Part shown: positions 1-9,809 of the stretch, piece by piece
Layout: each line of letters begins with the position of its first letter
Numbering within the stretch: the first letter of the stretch is position 1
NCBI RefSeq assembly: GCF_051058965.1
Contig: NZ_CP183924.1
Strand: one strand, 5' to 3'
DNA length: 64,000 nt
Source of the DNA: Corallococcus exiguus
GTDB lineage: Bacteria > Myxococcota > Myxococcia > Myxococcales > Myxococcaceae
Position numbers and translations under genes: made by a program
The notes under the pieces: generated by a model
The model's input: only the letters and a program-made list of their open reading frames with translations
What the model was told of the DNA's origin: nothing
The model's database searches: none

Positions 1-789
1 GCGAACTCGCCCATCTACGACCGGGCGCGCGCGTACGCCGCCGCCAATCCCAAGCGCGACGGTGGTTCGTGGAACCAGTGGTGCGGTTCGCTGATGGTCC
101 GCTTCGGGCAGCTTCCGGACTCCGCCGTGCGCCCCACCGCCATCGAGGCCTACCGCGCTTCGCGCATCGTCTCCACGGACGCGTCCAAGGCGCTGACCGG
201 GGCCTTCCACTGGTGGGACATCGGCTCCGCGGGCCACGTGGGCGCGGACCTGAACGGCGGCGGCGGCACGGTGTTCATGGCCACGTACAACCTCTCCCAG
301 TCGTGGGGGGATGCGATTGGCGTCAACAGCGTCTCCGGCTACTCGTCGAAGACGGGCGCGCGATACCTGGGCTGGTCCATGGACTACGCGGGCGGGAAGA
401 TCGCCGGCGGCGGCCAGTCTCCGGGCGGCGGTTCGAGCAGCCTGCCGCAGACGACCACCGAGTTCGACGGCATCCCGGGTGAAATCTATTACAAGCGCAT
501 CCAGACGGTGGGCAGGCGCGACTACGGCTACACGGGCCCCATCGACGGCGTAACGGGGCCGAACACGGAGAAGATCCGCGTGCGCATCACCGCGCGCGAA
601 CTGAACCGGCGCGGCGGCCCTCGCACCTCCTCCGAGGACGATGGCATCCCCGGCTCCATCTACTGGACCCGCGTGCAGACGGTGGGCCGGTCCTTTGGCT
701 ACACCGGCCCCATTGACGGCCTCCCCGGCGCGAACACGTACAAGGCCGAGCACATGATCTGCGCGTACGCCGTGAACCGCGCGTTCTGA
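1..789 (+). CDS. 5'-truncated secreted cell-wall hydrolase-like protein (CHAP/NlpC-P60-like Cys/His region followed by two degenerate peptidoglycan-binding-like repeats)
   Basis: The frame is open from nt 1 (ANSPIYDRARAYAAANPKRDGGSWNQWCGSLMVRF...) and reaches the stop at 787-789. GC3 is high. A conserved Cys (WNQWCGSL) and a His (SAGHVGADLNGGGG) are spaced as in a CHAP domain. Two copies of a DGIPGxIYxxRxQTVGRxxGYTGPIDGxxGxNT repeat resemble the GYxGxIDGxxGxxT core of PG_binding_1. Confidence 0.45.
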   Translation, partial: ANSPIYDRARAYAAANPKRDGGSWNQWCGSLMVRFGQLPDSAVRPTAIEAYRASRIVSTDASKALTGAFHWWDIGSAGHVGADLNGGGGTVFMATYNLSQSWGDAIGVNSVSGYSSKTGARYLGWSMDYAGGKIAGGGQSPGGGSSSLPQTTTEFDGIPGEIYYKRIQTVGRRDYGYTGPIDGVTGPNTEKIRVRITARELNRRGGPRTSSEDDGIPGSIYWTRVQTVGRSFGYTGPIDGLPGANTYKAEHMICAYAVNRAF

Positions 790-917
790 TGTCGCCCGGT
801 GCCCCACGGCGCGGTGCGTGATCCGCGCCGTGGAAAGCCTTGCCCCCTCTTCTCCCCGGTCGCCATTCGCGGCGGCCTCGGGGTAGCCTGCGGGCCTCTC
901 CACGGAAGAGGGGGCCC

Positions 918-3143
918 ATGAGAGTCGTGTCGTCCGTCCTGGAATCCGTCACCGTTCACGCCGAGGGCGCGCTGTGCACGCGCGCATTCGTGCTCTCGCC
1001 CGAGGACGGTCGCCTGCCCGGCCAGGTCCGCATCGACGGCCTGCCACTGTCCCTGCGCACGGGTTCGCTGCGCGCCCGGGTGGTGGAGGGGCCGTCGGAC
1101 CTCCTCGTCCGCGACCTCAAGCCCACGTTCGACGTGCGGATGCCGCCGGAGTCGGCGCTGCCCGCGGAGCAGCACGCGCTCGAAGCGGCGGAGGCCATCC
1201 TGGCGGCCGTGCATGGCCGGCTGGAGCGGGTTCGCGCGGAGATCTCGGCGCTGCGCGGGCTGACGCCCACCTGGCCGGCCCCGCGCAAGGGCCACCTCCC
1301 ACGCGAGGCGCCGCTGTCCTCGATGCTGTCCCTCACCGGCTTCGTGGACTCGGAGCTGGCGGAGTTGCAGGCCCAGGAGCTGGACCTGGCGCGCCAGCAC
1401 CGCGACGCCACGAACGAGCTGGAGCTGCGCCGCCGCCGCGTCCAGGAGCTGTCCTCCGCGAAGAGCGTGGACCGGACCCGGCTGTTCCGCGCGGCGCTGC
1501 TGACGCTGTCCGGCCCCATCGCCGCGAACGCGGACGCGCGGCTGGTGCTGGAGTACGCGGTGGCCGGTGCGCGCTGGGTGCCCACCTACGATCTGCGCCT
1601 GCCGCGCACGCTGGAGGAAGGCACGCTGCGCATGCGCGCCGCCGTCGTCCAGCGGACCGGCGAGGACTGGAGCGGTGTGCGGCTAGCGGTCTCCACCGCG
1701 AGCCTGGAGCGGCGCGCGGAGGTGCCGGAGCTGAAGTCGCTGCGCATCGGCCGCAGCCAGCCTGCCCCCGCGCGCTCGGGGTGGCGTGAACCCGCGCCGG
1801 GCCTGGAGGAGCTGTTCGCGGGCTACGACGCCCTGCACGTCGCCCGCCCGGAGCCGGTCCTTCCCAAGCCTCAGCCTCCGCCCGCGCCGATCATGAGTGA
1901 AGGCGCCTACGAGCAGGAGAAGCTCTACAAGGAGTCGGCCTCGTTCGGAGGCGCGCCAGGAGCAGCGCCCAGCATGTCCGCGCCTCCTCCGCCAGCGCCC
2001 ATGGCGCCGGCACCGAAGTCCTCGGGGGCTTTTCTGGGAGCGGTTCGTCCCTCGGCGTCCCGCCGCAACGTCACCGGCGCCATCCCGGCACAGGAAATGC
2101 CCGGGGCCCGCGGCGGTGGCGGCAGCGACCGCATGCGCAGCAAGAAGCGCGCGGTCGAGGAGGACGACCTCGATGGCGCCCCGATGGCGGACATGTCGAT
2201 GGACGAAGAAGAGGGTGGCGCCGACGATGAGCTCCGGAGCGCGGCCGGCCTGGAGCCGGCGGACCGTCTGTTCGACTACGACTCGCTGACGCTGGCCTCC
2301 GCGGCCTCCCAGGCGCAGCGCGGCCGGTTGCGTCCCCGCTCCGCGCTCGTCTCCCAGGCGATGCTGTCCATCACGTCGGTGAACGTGCAGGTGGAGGTGG
2401 TGCGCCTGGAGGCCCAGGCCTTCGTCATCGCCGAGTCCGTGAACAGCGTGGCGCCCCCCACCTGGGCCGTGCCGCCGCACGACTCCGCCCGCCACTTCGA
2501 TGCGCGCTTCGACTCGGACGCCGTCGCGGACGTGCCGTCCGATGGCGCGTGGCACACCGTGCCGATGCTGACGGTGCCCCTGGTGCTCAAGGCCGAATAC
2601 GTGTGCGTGCCCTCCGTGGAGCCGCGGGTCTTCCGCACGGTGCGCATGGACAACGCCTCGCCGCATCCGCTGCTCGCGGGGCCTGTGGACGTGACGCTCG
2701 GCGACGAGTTCCTGATGACGTCGCCCATGCCCACGCTGGGGCCGGGCGAGACGCAGCGGCTGGGCCTGGGCGTGGAGGAAGCGCTCCAGGTGGCGCGCAA
2801 CACCCGCTTCGACGAGGCCACGGGCGGCATGTTCGGCAACAGCACGGTGCTCACGCACCACGTCTCCGTGGAGGTGGCCAACCACCTCTCGCGCGCCGCG
2901 AACATCGCCATCTCCGAGCGGATCAGCGCGGTCCCCGAATCCCAGAAGGACATCAAGGTGGAGGAGGCGGAGGTGGCACCGCCCTGGCAGAAGGCCTCGC
3001 CGCTGCCGGGTGAAGAGGCGGTGGAGGGCGAGCGGGTGTGGCGCGTGAGCGTCCCCGCTGGAGAGAAGCGTTCGATGAAGGCGTCGTGGGTCGTGAAGCT
3101 GCCCGCCAGCAAGATGCTGAACGGCGGGAACCGGAGGACGTGA
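918..3143 (+). CDS. DUF4140/DUF4139 family protein (MuiA mucoidy-inhibitor-like, TIGR02231-like) with an internal Pro/Ala- and acid-rich low-complexity insert
   Basis: The track ORF is 840..3143. The preferred start is ATG at 918 (MRVVSSVLESVTVHAEGAL), preceded by GAAGAGGGGG. The N-terminus is DUF4140-like and the core carries a W-P-Y-D-L-R motif (ARWVPTYDLRLP). It is paralogous to the next gene. GC3 is high throughout. Confidence 0.7.
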   Translation: MRVVSSVLESVTVHAEGALCTRAFVLSPEDGRLPGQVRIDGLPLSLRTGSLRARVVEGPSDLLVRDLKPTFDVRMPPESALPAEQHALEAAEAILAAVHGRLERVRAEISALRGLTPTWPAPRKGHLPREAPLSSMLSLTGFVDSELAELQAQELDLARQHRDATNELELRRRRVQELSSAKSVDRTRLFRAALLTLSGPIAANADARLVLEYAVAGARWVPTYDLRLPRTLEEGTLRMRAAVVQRTGEDWSGVRLAVSTASLERRAEVPELKSLRIGRSQPAPARSGWREPAPGLEELFAGYDALHVARPEPVLPKPQPPPAPIMSEGAYEQEKLYKESASFGGAPGAAPSMSAPPPPAPMAPAPKSSGAFLGAVRPSASRRNVTGAIPAQEMPGARGGGGSDRMRSKKRAVEEDDLDGAPMADMSMDEEEGGADDELRSAAGLEPADRLFDYDSLTLASAASQAQRGRLRPRSALVSQAMLSITSVNVQVEVVRLEAQAFVIAESVNSVAPPTWAVPPHDSARHFDARFDSDAVADVPSDGAWHTVPMLTVPLVLKAEYVCVPSVEPRVFRTVRMDNASPHPLLAGPVDVTLGDEFLMTSPMPTLGPGETQRLGLGVEEALQVARNTRFDEATGGMFGNSTVLTHHVSVEVANHLSRAANIAISERISAVPESQKDIKVEEAEVAPPWQKASPLPGEEAVEGERVWRVSVPAGEKRSMKASWVVKLPASKMLNGGNRRT

Positions 3144-4702
3144 TGCGCACTTCCATTCTGTTGCCCCTGATCAAGGTGACGGTCCTGGAGGACCGGGCGC
3201 TCGTCGAGCGCAGCGGCACGGTGACGCTGCCGCCGGGTCCCTGCCGTCTCGTGGTGGACGGGCTGCCGGCGGTGGCGGTGGACCGCTCGCTCCAGGCGAA
3301 GCTCACCGGCGGCATGGTGACCCAGGCCAGCCTGCGCCGTTCCATGCGCGCGGTGCTGCCCGAAGCCCTGCGCGAGCACCACTCGGAGTTGGCCCGCCGC
3401 GCCTTCGAACGCGAGCAGGTGCTGGCGCGCGCCCAGGCGGAGGTGCGGCGCCTGGAGGCGAAGCACGGCCTGCTGGAGACCGCGCGCCGGGACATCCTCC
3501 GTTCCATCTCCGAGCGCACCGGAGCCGGTGAAGCGGATCCTGCGCGATGGAAGGAACAGCTCGCGACGGTCCGCCAGGAGCAGACCGCGACCGACGATCA
3601 ACTGCGGCAGGCCCGCCGTGAGCTGGGTCGCCTGGAGCGGCAGCACATCCAGGAGTCCCGCGACGTGCTGTCCCGCACGGAGATGCCGGAGCCCAGGCTG
3701 GACGTGCGCGCTGAACTGGACGTGAGCCACGCCGCGGGCGGTGAAGCGACATTGACGCTCAGCTACCTGGTGCCGTGCGCCGCGTGGCGGCCGGCCTACC
3801 GCGCGGTGTTGGGTCTCGCGGATGAGGCGTCCTCGGTGAAGTTGGAGTGCGAAGCCGTGGTCTGGCAGAACACCGGCGAGGCGTGGAAGGACGTGACCCT
3901 GGCCTTCTCCACGGCGCGGCCCACGCTGGGCGCCACGCCGCCCCGGCTCACGGAGGACTGGCTCTTCCTGCGGGAGAAGACGTCGCGCGAGAAGCAGGTG
4001 GTGGACGTCTCCATGCGCGAGGAGTCCCTCCAGGAGACGGGCGAAGCGGGAGCGACGAAGGCGGCGGACGCGCTGCCCGGCATGGACGACGGCGGCGAAG
4101 CGGTGACGCTGTCCGCGCCGCACAAGGCCACGGTGCCGTCGGACGGCGAGGCGCACCGCGTGGCGCTGTTCGCGTTCACGTCGCCGGCCACGTCGGAGCT
4201 GGTGGCCTGCCCGGAGCAGTCACCGCTGGTGCACCGCGTGGCGAAGTTCGACAACACGGGGCCGGCGGTGTTGCTCGCGGGGCCGGTGGACCTGGTGCGC
4301 AACAGCGGCTACGTGGGCCGCGCGCAGCTGAAGTTCGCGGGCCGGGGCGAGCGCGTGAAGCTGGGCTTCGGCAGCGAGGACTCGTTGCGCGTGTCGCGGC
4401 AGGTGGACGTGGGCGAGGAGGTCGCTCGCATCACCGGCCGGCGCACCCGCACGCAGAAGGTGAAGCTGTTCATCTCCAACATGGGCGCGAAGCCCACGGC
4501 GCTCGCGGTGGAGGAGCGCATGCCGGTGTCGGAGGTGGAGGCCGTGGAGGTGGCGCTGCTCAAGGACGCCGCGAAGCCCGCGCCCACGAAGGTGAGCGCC
4601 GAGGGCATCGTGCGCTTCGAATTGAACGTGCCAGCGCGCTCCCGGCAGACGGTGGACTTCGGCTTCACGGTGGCCCGCGCAGCGAAGGTCGCGGGCCTGT
4701 AG
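3143..4702 (+). CDS. DUF4140/DUF4139 family protein (paralog of the upstream gene)
   Basis: ATG at 3143 overlaps the upstream TGA by one nt (gTGATGc). The sequence starts MRTSILLPLIKVTVLEDRALVERSGTV and contains LSYLVPCAAWRPAYRAVL. The domain order matches the upstream paralog. Confidence 0.75.
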   Translation: MRTSILLPLIKVTVLEDRALVERSGTVTLPPGPCRLVVDGLPAVAVDRSLQAKLTGGMVTQASLRRSMRAVLPEALREHHSELARRAFEREQVLARAQAEVRRLEAKHGLLETARRDILRSISERTGAGEADPARWKEQLATVRQEQTATDDQLRQARRELGRLERQHIQESRDVLSRTEMPEPRLDVRAELDVSHAAGGEATLTLSYLVPCAAWRPAYRAVLGLADEASSVKLECEAVVWQNTGEAWKDVTLAFSTARPTLGATPPRLTEDWLFLREKTSREKQVVDVSMREESLQETGEAGATKAADALPGMDDGGEAVTLSAPHKATVPSDGEAHRVALFAFTSPATSELVACPEQSPLVHRVAKFDNTGPAVLLAGPVDLVRNSGYVGRAQLKFAGRGERVKLGFGSEDSLRVSRQVDVGEEVARITGRRTRTQKVKLFISNMGAKPTALAVEERMPVSEVEAVEVALLKDAAKPAPTKVSAEGIVRFELNVPARSRQTVDFGFTVARAAKVAGL

Positions 4703-4716
4703 GGAATCACCACGCC

Positions 4717-5481
4717 ATGCCCTTCGCGACGAAGTCCGGCCGCCGCATCCACTACGAGGTCCAGGGCCACGGCCCTCCCCTGCTGCTCCTGCACGGCCTG
4801 CTCCAGTTGGGCTCGCACTGGTCGCTCAAGGGATACCTGCCAGCGCTGACGGATGCGTACACGGTGGTGACGTTCGACTCGCTGGGGCATGGCCAGAGCG
4901 ACACGCCGCACGACCTGGAGGCCTATGCGCTGAAGCATCGCGTGGAGGACGCGCTGTCGGTGCTCGACACGCTCTCCATCGACCGGGCCCACGCGTGGGG
5001 CTACTCGATGGGAGGCTGGACGGTGTGTGGCCTGGCGTCCTTCGCGCCGGAGCGGCTGGCGTCCTACGTGGTGGGCGGCTGGGATCCGGTGGTGGGCCTG
5101 CCCGTGGCCTACGCGGCCATGGAGAAGCAGCTCAAGCCCGGTACCCGCGTGGACTGGTTCCAGGTGCTCCTGCTGGGAGCACGGCGCGCGCCGGAGCTGG
5201 CGGCGGCCATCGACGCGGGAGACCTGGACGCGCTCCGGCTGTGCATGAAGGCCTGTGAAACGTCGGCGGGCCTGGATGAGGCACTGGAGCAATCCGGCAA
5301 GCCGGGGCTGCTGTACTGCGGCGTGACGGACCCGTACCACGACTCCATGAAGGCCGTAGCGGAGCGGGCCGGCGCGGCGTTCGCGACCATCGAGCACGCC
5401 GACCACGGCGGCGCCTGGGCGAAGGCGCCCAAGGTGCTGCCCCACGTCCTGCCATTCCTCGACTCCGTCTCACGGTCCTGA
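4717..5481 (+). CDS. alpha/beta-fold hydrolase
   Basis: Starts MPFATKSGRRIHYEVQGHGPPLLLLHGL. It has the nucleophile elbow GYSMGG, a C-terminal HADHGG histidine, and the HG oxyanion motif. The stop is 5479-5481. Confidence 0.8.
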   Translation: MPFATKSGRRIHYEVQGHGPPLLLLHGLLQLGSHWSLKGYLPALTDAYTVVTFDSLGHGQSDTPHDLEAYALKHRVEDALSVLDTLSIDRAHAWGYSMGGWTVCGLASFAPERLASYVVGGWDPVVGLPVAYAAMEKQLKPGTRVDWFQVLLLGARRAPELAAAIDAGDLDALRLCMKACETSAGLDEALEQSGKPGLLYCGVTDPYHDSMKAVAERAGAAFATIEHADHGGAWAKAPKVLPHVLPFLDSVSRS

Positions 5482-5991
5482 TCAATTCGCGGATTGGATG
5501 GCGATCACCCGGACGTCGAAGTCCTTGCACCCGGCGTCCTTGCAGATGCCGTTGAGCCACGCTTCGCCCTGGCCGAACATCACGCCGTCGGCGTTGACGA
5601 AGAGGTCCGCGTAGCGCTGCCGGGTGATGACGTTGGCGATGGCCGGCGTGACGATGACGTCGTAGTGCCTCACGAACGCCGCGGCGTCGGGCAGCTTCAC
5701 CTTCCTGCCGCCCACGTTCGCGGTGAAGGGATACGCCACCAGGGCCGCGACCGCCTTCGCGTCGTGCGCGGCCACCGCTTTCTGGAACGCCGCGAAGGCC
5801 TGTTCGTACTTCGCGGGTTCTCCGAGGACGCTCTGGATGCGGGCGTTGACGTCTCCGGTTCCGGCATCCGGCGTACCGGTGACGACATTGGGAGCGACTG
5901 GCGGCGCGGTGGCTGCCGGTGTTTCAGCGCGTTGACAGGGAGCCGCTGACACAAGAACAAGGGCGGCAAGCCGCGTGGGCTTCGTCTGCAT
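5482..5991 (-). CDS. hypothetical secreted protein (signal peptide, possible lipobox)
   Basis: 169 aa. The N-terminus MQTKPTRLAALVLVSAAPC is hydrophobic. GC3 is high. It is convergent with and directly abuts the hydrolase gene. Confidence 0.5.
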   Translation of the reverse strand: MQTKPTRLAALVLVSAAPCQRAETPAATAPPVAPNVVTGTPDAGTGDVNARIQSVLGEPAKYEQAFAAFQKAVAAHDAKAVAALVAYPFTANVGGRKVKLPDAAAFVRHYDVIVTPAIANVITRQRYADLFVNADGVMFGQGEAWLNGICKDAGCKDFDVRVIAIQSAN

Positions 5992-6060
5992 GAGTTCCCC
6001 CCGCCAGGGCAGGCTGCTCGCTCTCCTGGCAAAGACAAACTCTATAGAGCCCGATACGTC

Positions 6061-7221
6061 TCAGCTCACGCCTTGGACCAGCGTCCATAGCTGGCGTCTC
6101 GCGGCCGACTGCGGGACTCGCCGGAATAGTGCATCACGGACAAAGCGCGCGGCTCGATTCTCCCACTGGGCCACACGTCCCACCTGATGTGAGCGCACGA
6201 CCAGCGCGTTGGCACGTTCCACCCGGCGGGATTCGTATGCACGCAGTGCGTCCTCCACGCTGCCCGGCGCCGCGAGACATTCCCCCAGCACCACGCCGTC
6301 CTCGATGGCCTGACAGCCGCCCTGCCCCAGGTTCGGCGTCATGGGATGCGCGGCGTCACCCAACAGCGTCACCCTGCCCCGGCTCCAGCGAGAGACCGGC
6401 GGACGGTCGTGGATGTCCGTGCGCAGGACGCGCTCGGGTGGCGTCGCCGCGAGCAGCTTCGCGATGGGCGCGTGCCATCCGGCGAAGCGCTCCTGGAGGA
6501 CGGCGAGCGTCTGACCCGGCGCATCCTCCGCCCCCGCGGGCGCGTTCAGCGTGGTGTACCAGTACACCTCGCCATGGCCGATGGGCACGATGCCGAAGCG
6601 GGCCCCGGGTCCCCACGTCTCGGTGAACTGGCCCGCCTCCACGAGGTCCGCCCCCGGGCAGACACCGCGCCAGCTGGTGTAGCCGGAGTAGCGCGTCGGC
6701 TGCGCGCCCAGCAGGCCGGTCCGCACGGCGGAGCGCAGGCCATCCGCGCCCACCAGGACGTCGCCGGTGACGGTCTCGCCAGTGGACAGCGTCACCGTCA
6801 CGCGGGCGCCGTCGTCCTCGAAGCGCGTCACGCTGACACCCAGCCGCACGGCCTCCTCCGGGCCCGCGTGGGCGCGAAGGACCGCCTGGAGGCGCGCGCG
6901 GTGCATGGCCACCATCGGGATATCCAACTCCTCCTGGAGCGAGCGCACATCGATGGCGGTGATACGAGCGCCCGTCGAATCGAGGATGAGTGTCCGCTCG
7001 GCTCGCTCGCCCTCCGCGACCACCGCGTCACACAAGCCGATGCGGCGCAGGGCGACCGCGGCGTTCATCTGCACGATGATGCCCGCGCCCACCGGGCGCA
7101 GCGCGTCGGCGCGTTCGAACACCGTGGCGCGAAGGCCCGCGCGCTGGAGGGCACAGGCCAGCGTGAGGCCTCCAATGCCTGCTCCGGCGATGAGGACGTG
7201 GCGGGTGGATGCGGACGTCAT
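6061..7221 (-). CDS. FAD-dependent monooxygenase (UbiH/salicylate-hydroxylase-like)
   Basis: An N-terminal Rossmann motif VLIAGAGIGGLTLACAL, a DG motif GADGLRSAVR, and a C-terminal GDAAH FAD-binding motif. Confidence 0.85.
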   Translation of the reverse strand: MTSASTRHVLIAGAGIGGLTLACALQRAGLRATVFERADALRPVGAGIIVQMNAAVALRRIGLCDAVVAEGERAERTLILDSTGARITAIDVRSLQEELDIPMVAMHRARLQAVLRAHAGPEEAVRLGVSVTRFEDDGARVTVTLSTGETVTGDVLVGADGLRSAVRTGLLGAQPTRYSGYTSWRGVCPGADLVEAGQFTETWGPGARFGIVPIGHGEVYWYTTLNAPAGAEDAPGQTLAVLQERFAGWHAPIAKLLAATPPERVLRTDIHDRPPVSRWSRGRVTLLGDAAHPMTPNLGQGGCQAIEDGVVLGECLAAPGSVEDALRAYESRRVERANALVVRSHQVGRVAQWENRAARFVRDALFRRVPQSAARRQLWTLVQGVS

Positions 7222-7250
7222 GGCGGCCTCCGGTCATGCCGGCGCCGCGG

Positions 7251-8099
7251 TCAACCGAACCAGCGGCCGGCGTCAGGAGCAAAGACTCGCACGCGTTCGA
7301 GCAGCGACGCCGGCAGACGGGCCTGGAGCGTCGCGTGGACCTGCGCGGGGCTGTAAGCCTGACTGAAGTGCATCAGGACCAGGGCCTCGTTCTGGAAGCG
7401 GTCCGCCATGGAGGCGATCTCCTCCAGGTGGATGTGGGCCCGCTCCTGCGCGTCGCGCACGGTGCGCTCCGCGTCGATGAACGTGCATTCGAGGATGAGC
7501 ACGCGGCTGTCGAACAACGACGGCTGGCGCTCCAGCACGTTGGAGAGGGTATCCGTGCAGTAGGCCAGCTCCAGCCGCTCGACTTCATCGAACAGCGGCT
7601 CACCGGCCTGGCGACGGCGGCCAATCTCCGCCGGAGGCAGCTCGCGGAACTCCGGCTTGAGCTTCGCGACGCGGCGGAGGAACTGGTAGCCCAGCGACGG
7701 CACGGGATGGTGCGTGCGAAAGGCACGGACCCACACGTCCTGCTGCACCTTCACGGTGTCACCGGGGCGCAGGGGAACGGTGCGGACCTCCGACTTCATC
7801 CGGTGCAGGCGCCCCAGGGCGGCGAGCGCCTCCTGCACGGGCGCTTCAATCTCCGCCGGCAGATAGACGAACGGCGGCCCCTTGCCCACGAGCGCGCGGA
7901 TGCCCAGCAGCGAGCCCAGCGCGCTCGCATGGTCCGCATGCCCGTGGCTGAGGAAGATGCGGTCCGTGGTGGCGAAGGAGCGGATGGGGATGCCCGCGTC
8001 GAGCAGCACCCCCAACTCCGGCACCAGGAGCGACGTGTACACGCCACCCACGGACACGCCGCGCACGGTATAGGGTCCCGCCTGCACCTCGGTCAGCAT
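7251..8099 (-). CDS. MBL-fold metallo-hydrolase (RNase Z/ElaC-like)
   Basis: A metal-binding HxHxDH motif (LSHGHADHASALG). The track ORF runs to 8165 with a GTG start. An internal ATG giving MLTEVQAGPYTVRG is the more likely start. Confidence 0.75.
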   Translation of the reverse strand: MLTEVQAGPYTVRGVSVGGVYTSLLVPELGVLLDAGIPIRSFATTDRIFLSHGHADHASALGSLLGIRALVGKGPPFVYLPAEIEAPVQEALAALGRLHRMKSEVRTVPLRPGDTVKVQQDVWVRAFRTHHPVPSLGYQFLRRVAKLKPEFRELPPAEIGRRRQAGEPLFDEVERLELAYCTDTLSNVLERQPSLFDSRVLILECTFIDAERTVRDAQERAHIHLEEIASMADRFQNEALVLMHFSQAYSPAQVHATLQARLPASLLERVRVFAPDAGRWFG

Positions 8100-8118
8100 G
8101 CGCGGAAGCCTACGCCGA

Positions 8119-9186
8119 TCAGTTCTTCGCGCGCTCGTACTGGTGCGGCCACAGCACATCCGCACGCAGCTCCTTCGCGGCGCGCAGCGGCCAGTACGGA
8201 TCCCTCAACAGCTCGCGCGCCAGGAAAACGACGTCCGCCTGGCCCGTGGCCAGGATGTGCTCGGCCTGGAACGCGGAGCGGATCATCCCCACCGCGCCCG
8301 TGAGCAAGCCTGTCTCCTTGCGCACCTGCTCCGAAAGCTGCGTCTGGTAGCCCGGCCCCACCGGAATCTTCGCGTACGGCACCACGCCGCCGGACGAGCA
8401 ATCCATCAGGTCCACGCCCTCCTTCGCCACCAGCCGCGCCAGCGCCACGGAGTCCTCCGGCGTCCAGCCGCCCTCCACCCAGTCCGTGGAGGAGATGCGC
8501 ATGAAGAGCGGCAGCGACTCCGGCCACTTCGACCGCACGGCGCGCGTCACCTCCAGCGCGAAGCGCGTCCGGTTCTCGAACGTGCCGCCGTACTTGTCCG
8601 TCCGCTTGTTCGACAGCGGCGACAGGAACTCGTGCAGCAGGTATCCGTGCGCCGCGTGCAGCTCGATGACCTGGAACCCCGCGGCCTTCGCCCGCACCGC
8701 CGCGTCCGCGAACGCCTTCACGATGCGCTGGATGCCCGCCTCGTCCAGCGCGGTGGGCACCGGGTAGCCCTCGTCGAACGCCTCCGTCGTGGGGCCCAGC
8801 ACCTGCCAACCGCCATGCTCCGGATCCACGCGCTTGCCCGCGTCCCACGGACGGGGCGTGGAGGCCTTGCGGCCCGCGTGTGCCAACTGCACGCCGGACG
8901 CGGCGCCGTTCTGGTGCATGAAGCGGTTGATGCGCGCCAGTTGCTCCACGTGCGCGTCCTTCCACAGCCCCAGGTCCTGCGGCGAGATGCGGCCCTCCGG
9001 CTCCACCGCCGTGGCCTCCGTCAGCACCAGGCCCGCGCCCCCCACCGCGCGGCTGCCCAGGTGCACCACGTGCCACTCGTTCGCGAAGCCGTCTTCGCTC
9101 GAGTACTGGCACATGGGCGAGACGACCACGCGGTTGCGCAGGGTGATGTCCCGCAGCTTCAAGGGGGAGAACAGCTTGCTGCTCAT
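8119..9186 (-). CDS. NADH:flavin oxidoreductase, Old Yellow Enzyme family (NamA-like)
   Basis: The OYE signature HAAHGYLLHEFLSP, plus VSPMCQY and the TIM-barrel pattern. Its start overlaps the def stop in an ATGA. Confidence 0.85.
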   Translation of the reverse strand: MSSKLFSPLKLRDITLRNRVVVSPMCQYSSEDGFANEWHVVHLGSRAVGGAGLVLTEATAVEPEGRISPQDLGLWKDAHVEQLARINRFMHQNGAASGVQLAHAGRKASTPRPWDAGKRVDPEHGGWQVLGPTTEAFDEGYPVPTALDEAGIQRIVKAFADAAVRAKAAGFQVIELHAAHGYLLHEFLSPLSNKRTDKYGGTFENRTRFALEVTRAVRSKWPESLPLFMRISSTDWVEGGWTPEDSVALARLVAKEGVDLMDCSSGGVVPYAKIPVGPGYQTQLSEQVRKETGLLTGAVGMIRSAFQAEHILATGQADVVFLARELLRDPYWPLRAAKELRADVLWPHQYERAKN

Positions 9187-9809
9187 GTCGGGTCCTTTCG
9201 GGGAAGCGAAGGGGTCTGCTCTGGCAGCCCCAGCGCCGTGCGCACCTGGGCCGTGCTCTTGCCCAGCCAGTGCCGTCGCTGGTTCTCCTGCGTCGTGAGG
9301 CTGCGCGTCTCCATGCGGTCCACGTAGAGCGTGCCGTCCAGATGATCCAGCTCGTGTTGGATGATGCGCGCGTACCAGCCGCGCGCGGACACCGACACCG
9401 GCCGCCCGTTCTCATCCAGCGCCTCCACCCGCACGCCACGCGCCCGGGCCACCAGCGCCGCGAAGCCGTTCACGCTCAGACAGCCCTCGTGGAACTCCAT
9501 CGGCGTGGGGTCCTCCACCACGAGCTTGGGGTTGATCAGCACGTGGAAGGCCACCGGCGAGCGCTCCCGCAGCGCCAGGTCCGCGGGCGCCGCGCCAGCC
9601 TGGTACTCGGCGCGGTCCTCGATGACCACCAGCCGCAGGCCCACGCCCACCTGGGGTGCCGCGAGCCCCACGCCGGGCGCGTCCCGCATCGTGTCGCGCA
9701 TCAGCTGGATGAGCTGCCGCGTCGCTTCGCTGCCGATTTCTTCCGGGGTCAGCTCCCGCGCGCGCTGGCGCAGCACCGGTTCCCCCGCCTGGACGATCTT
9801 GAGCACCAT
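9183..9809 (-). CDS. def: peptide deformylase
   Basis: All three PDF motifs are present: GVGLAAPQ, EGCLS and HELDH. Confidence 0.9.
   Translation of the reverse strand: MVLKIVQAGEPVLRQRARELTPEEIGSEATRQLIQLMRDTMRDAPGVGLAAPQVGVGLRLVVIEDRAEYQAGAAPADLALRERSPVAFHVLINPKLVVEDPTPMEFHEGCLSVNGFAALVARARGVRVEALDENGRPVSVSARGWYARIIQHELDHLDGTLYVDRMETRSLTTQENQRRHWLGKSTAQVRTALGLPEQTPSLPRKDPT

Noticed and set aside
974-1789. 271-aa ORF in an alternative plus-strand frame across the first DUF4139 gene
   Set aside because: Ala/Gly/Arg/Pro-rich composition and low GC3, typical of an off-frame ORF in high-GC DNA. It overlaps a well-supported gene.
2276-4156. 626-aa minus-strand ORF antisense to both DUF4139 genes
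   Set aside because: An antisense shadow ORF. Arg/Gly/Leu-rich with no motifs, and GC3 is lower than the sense frame.
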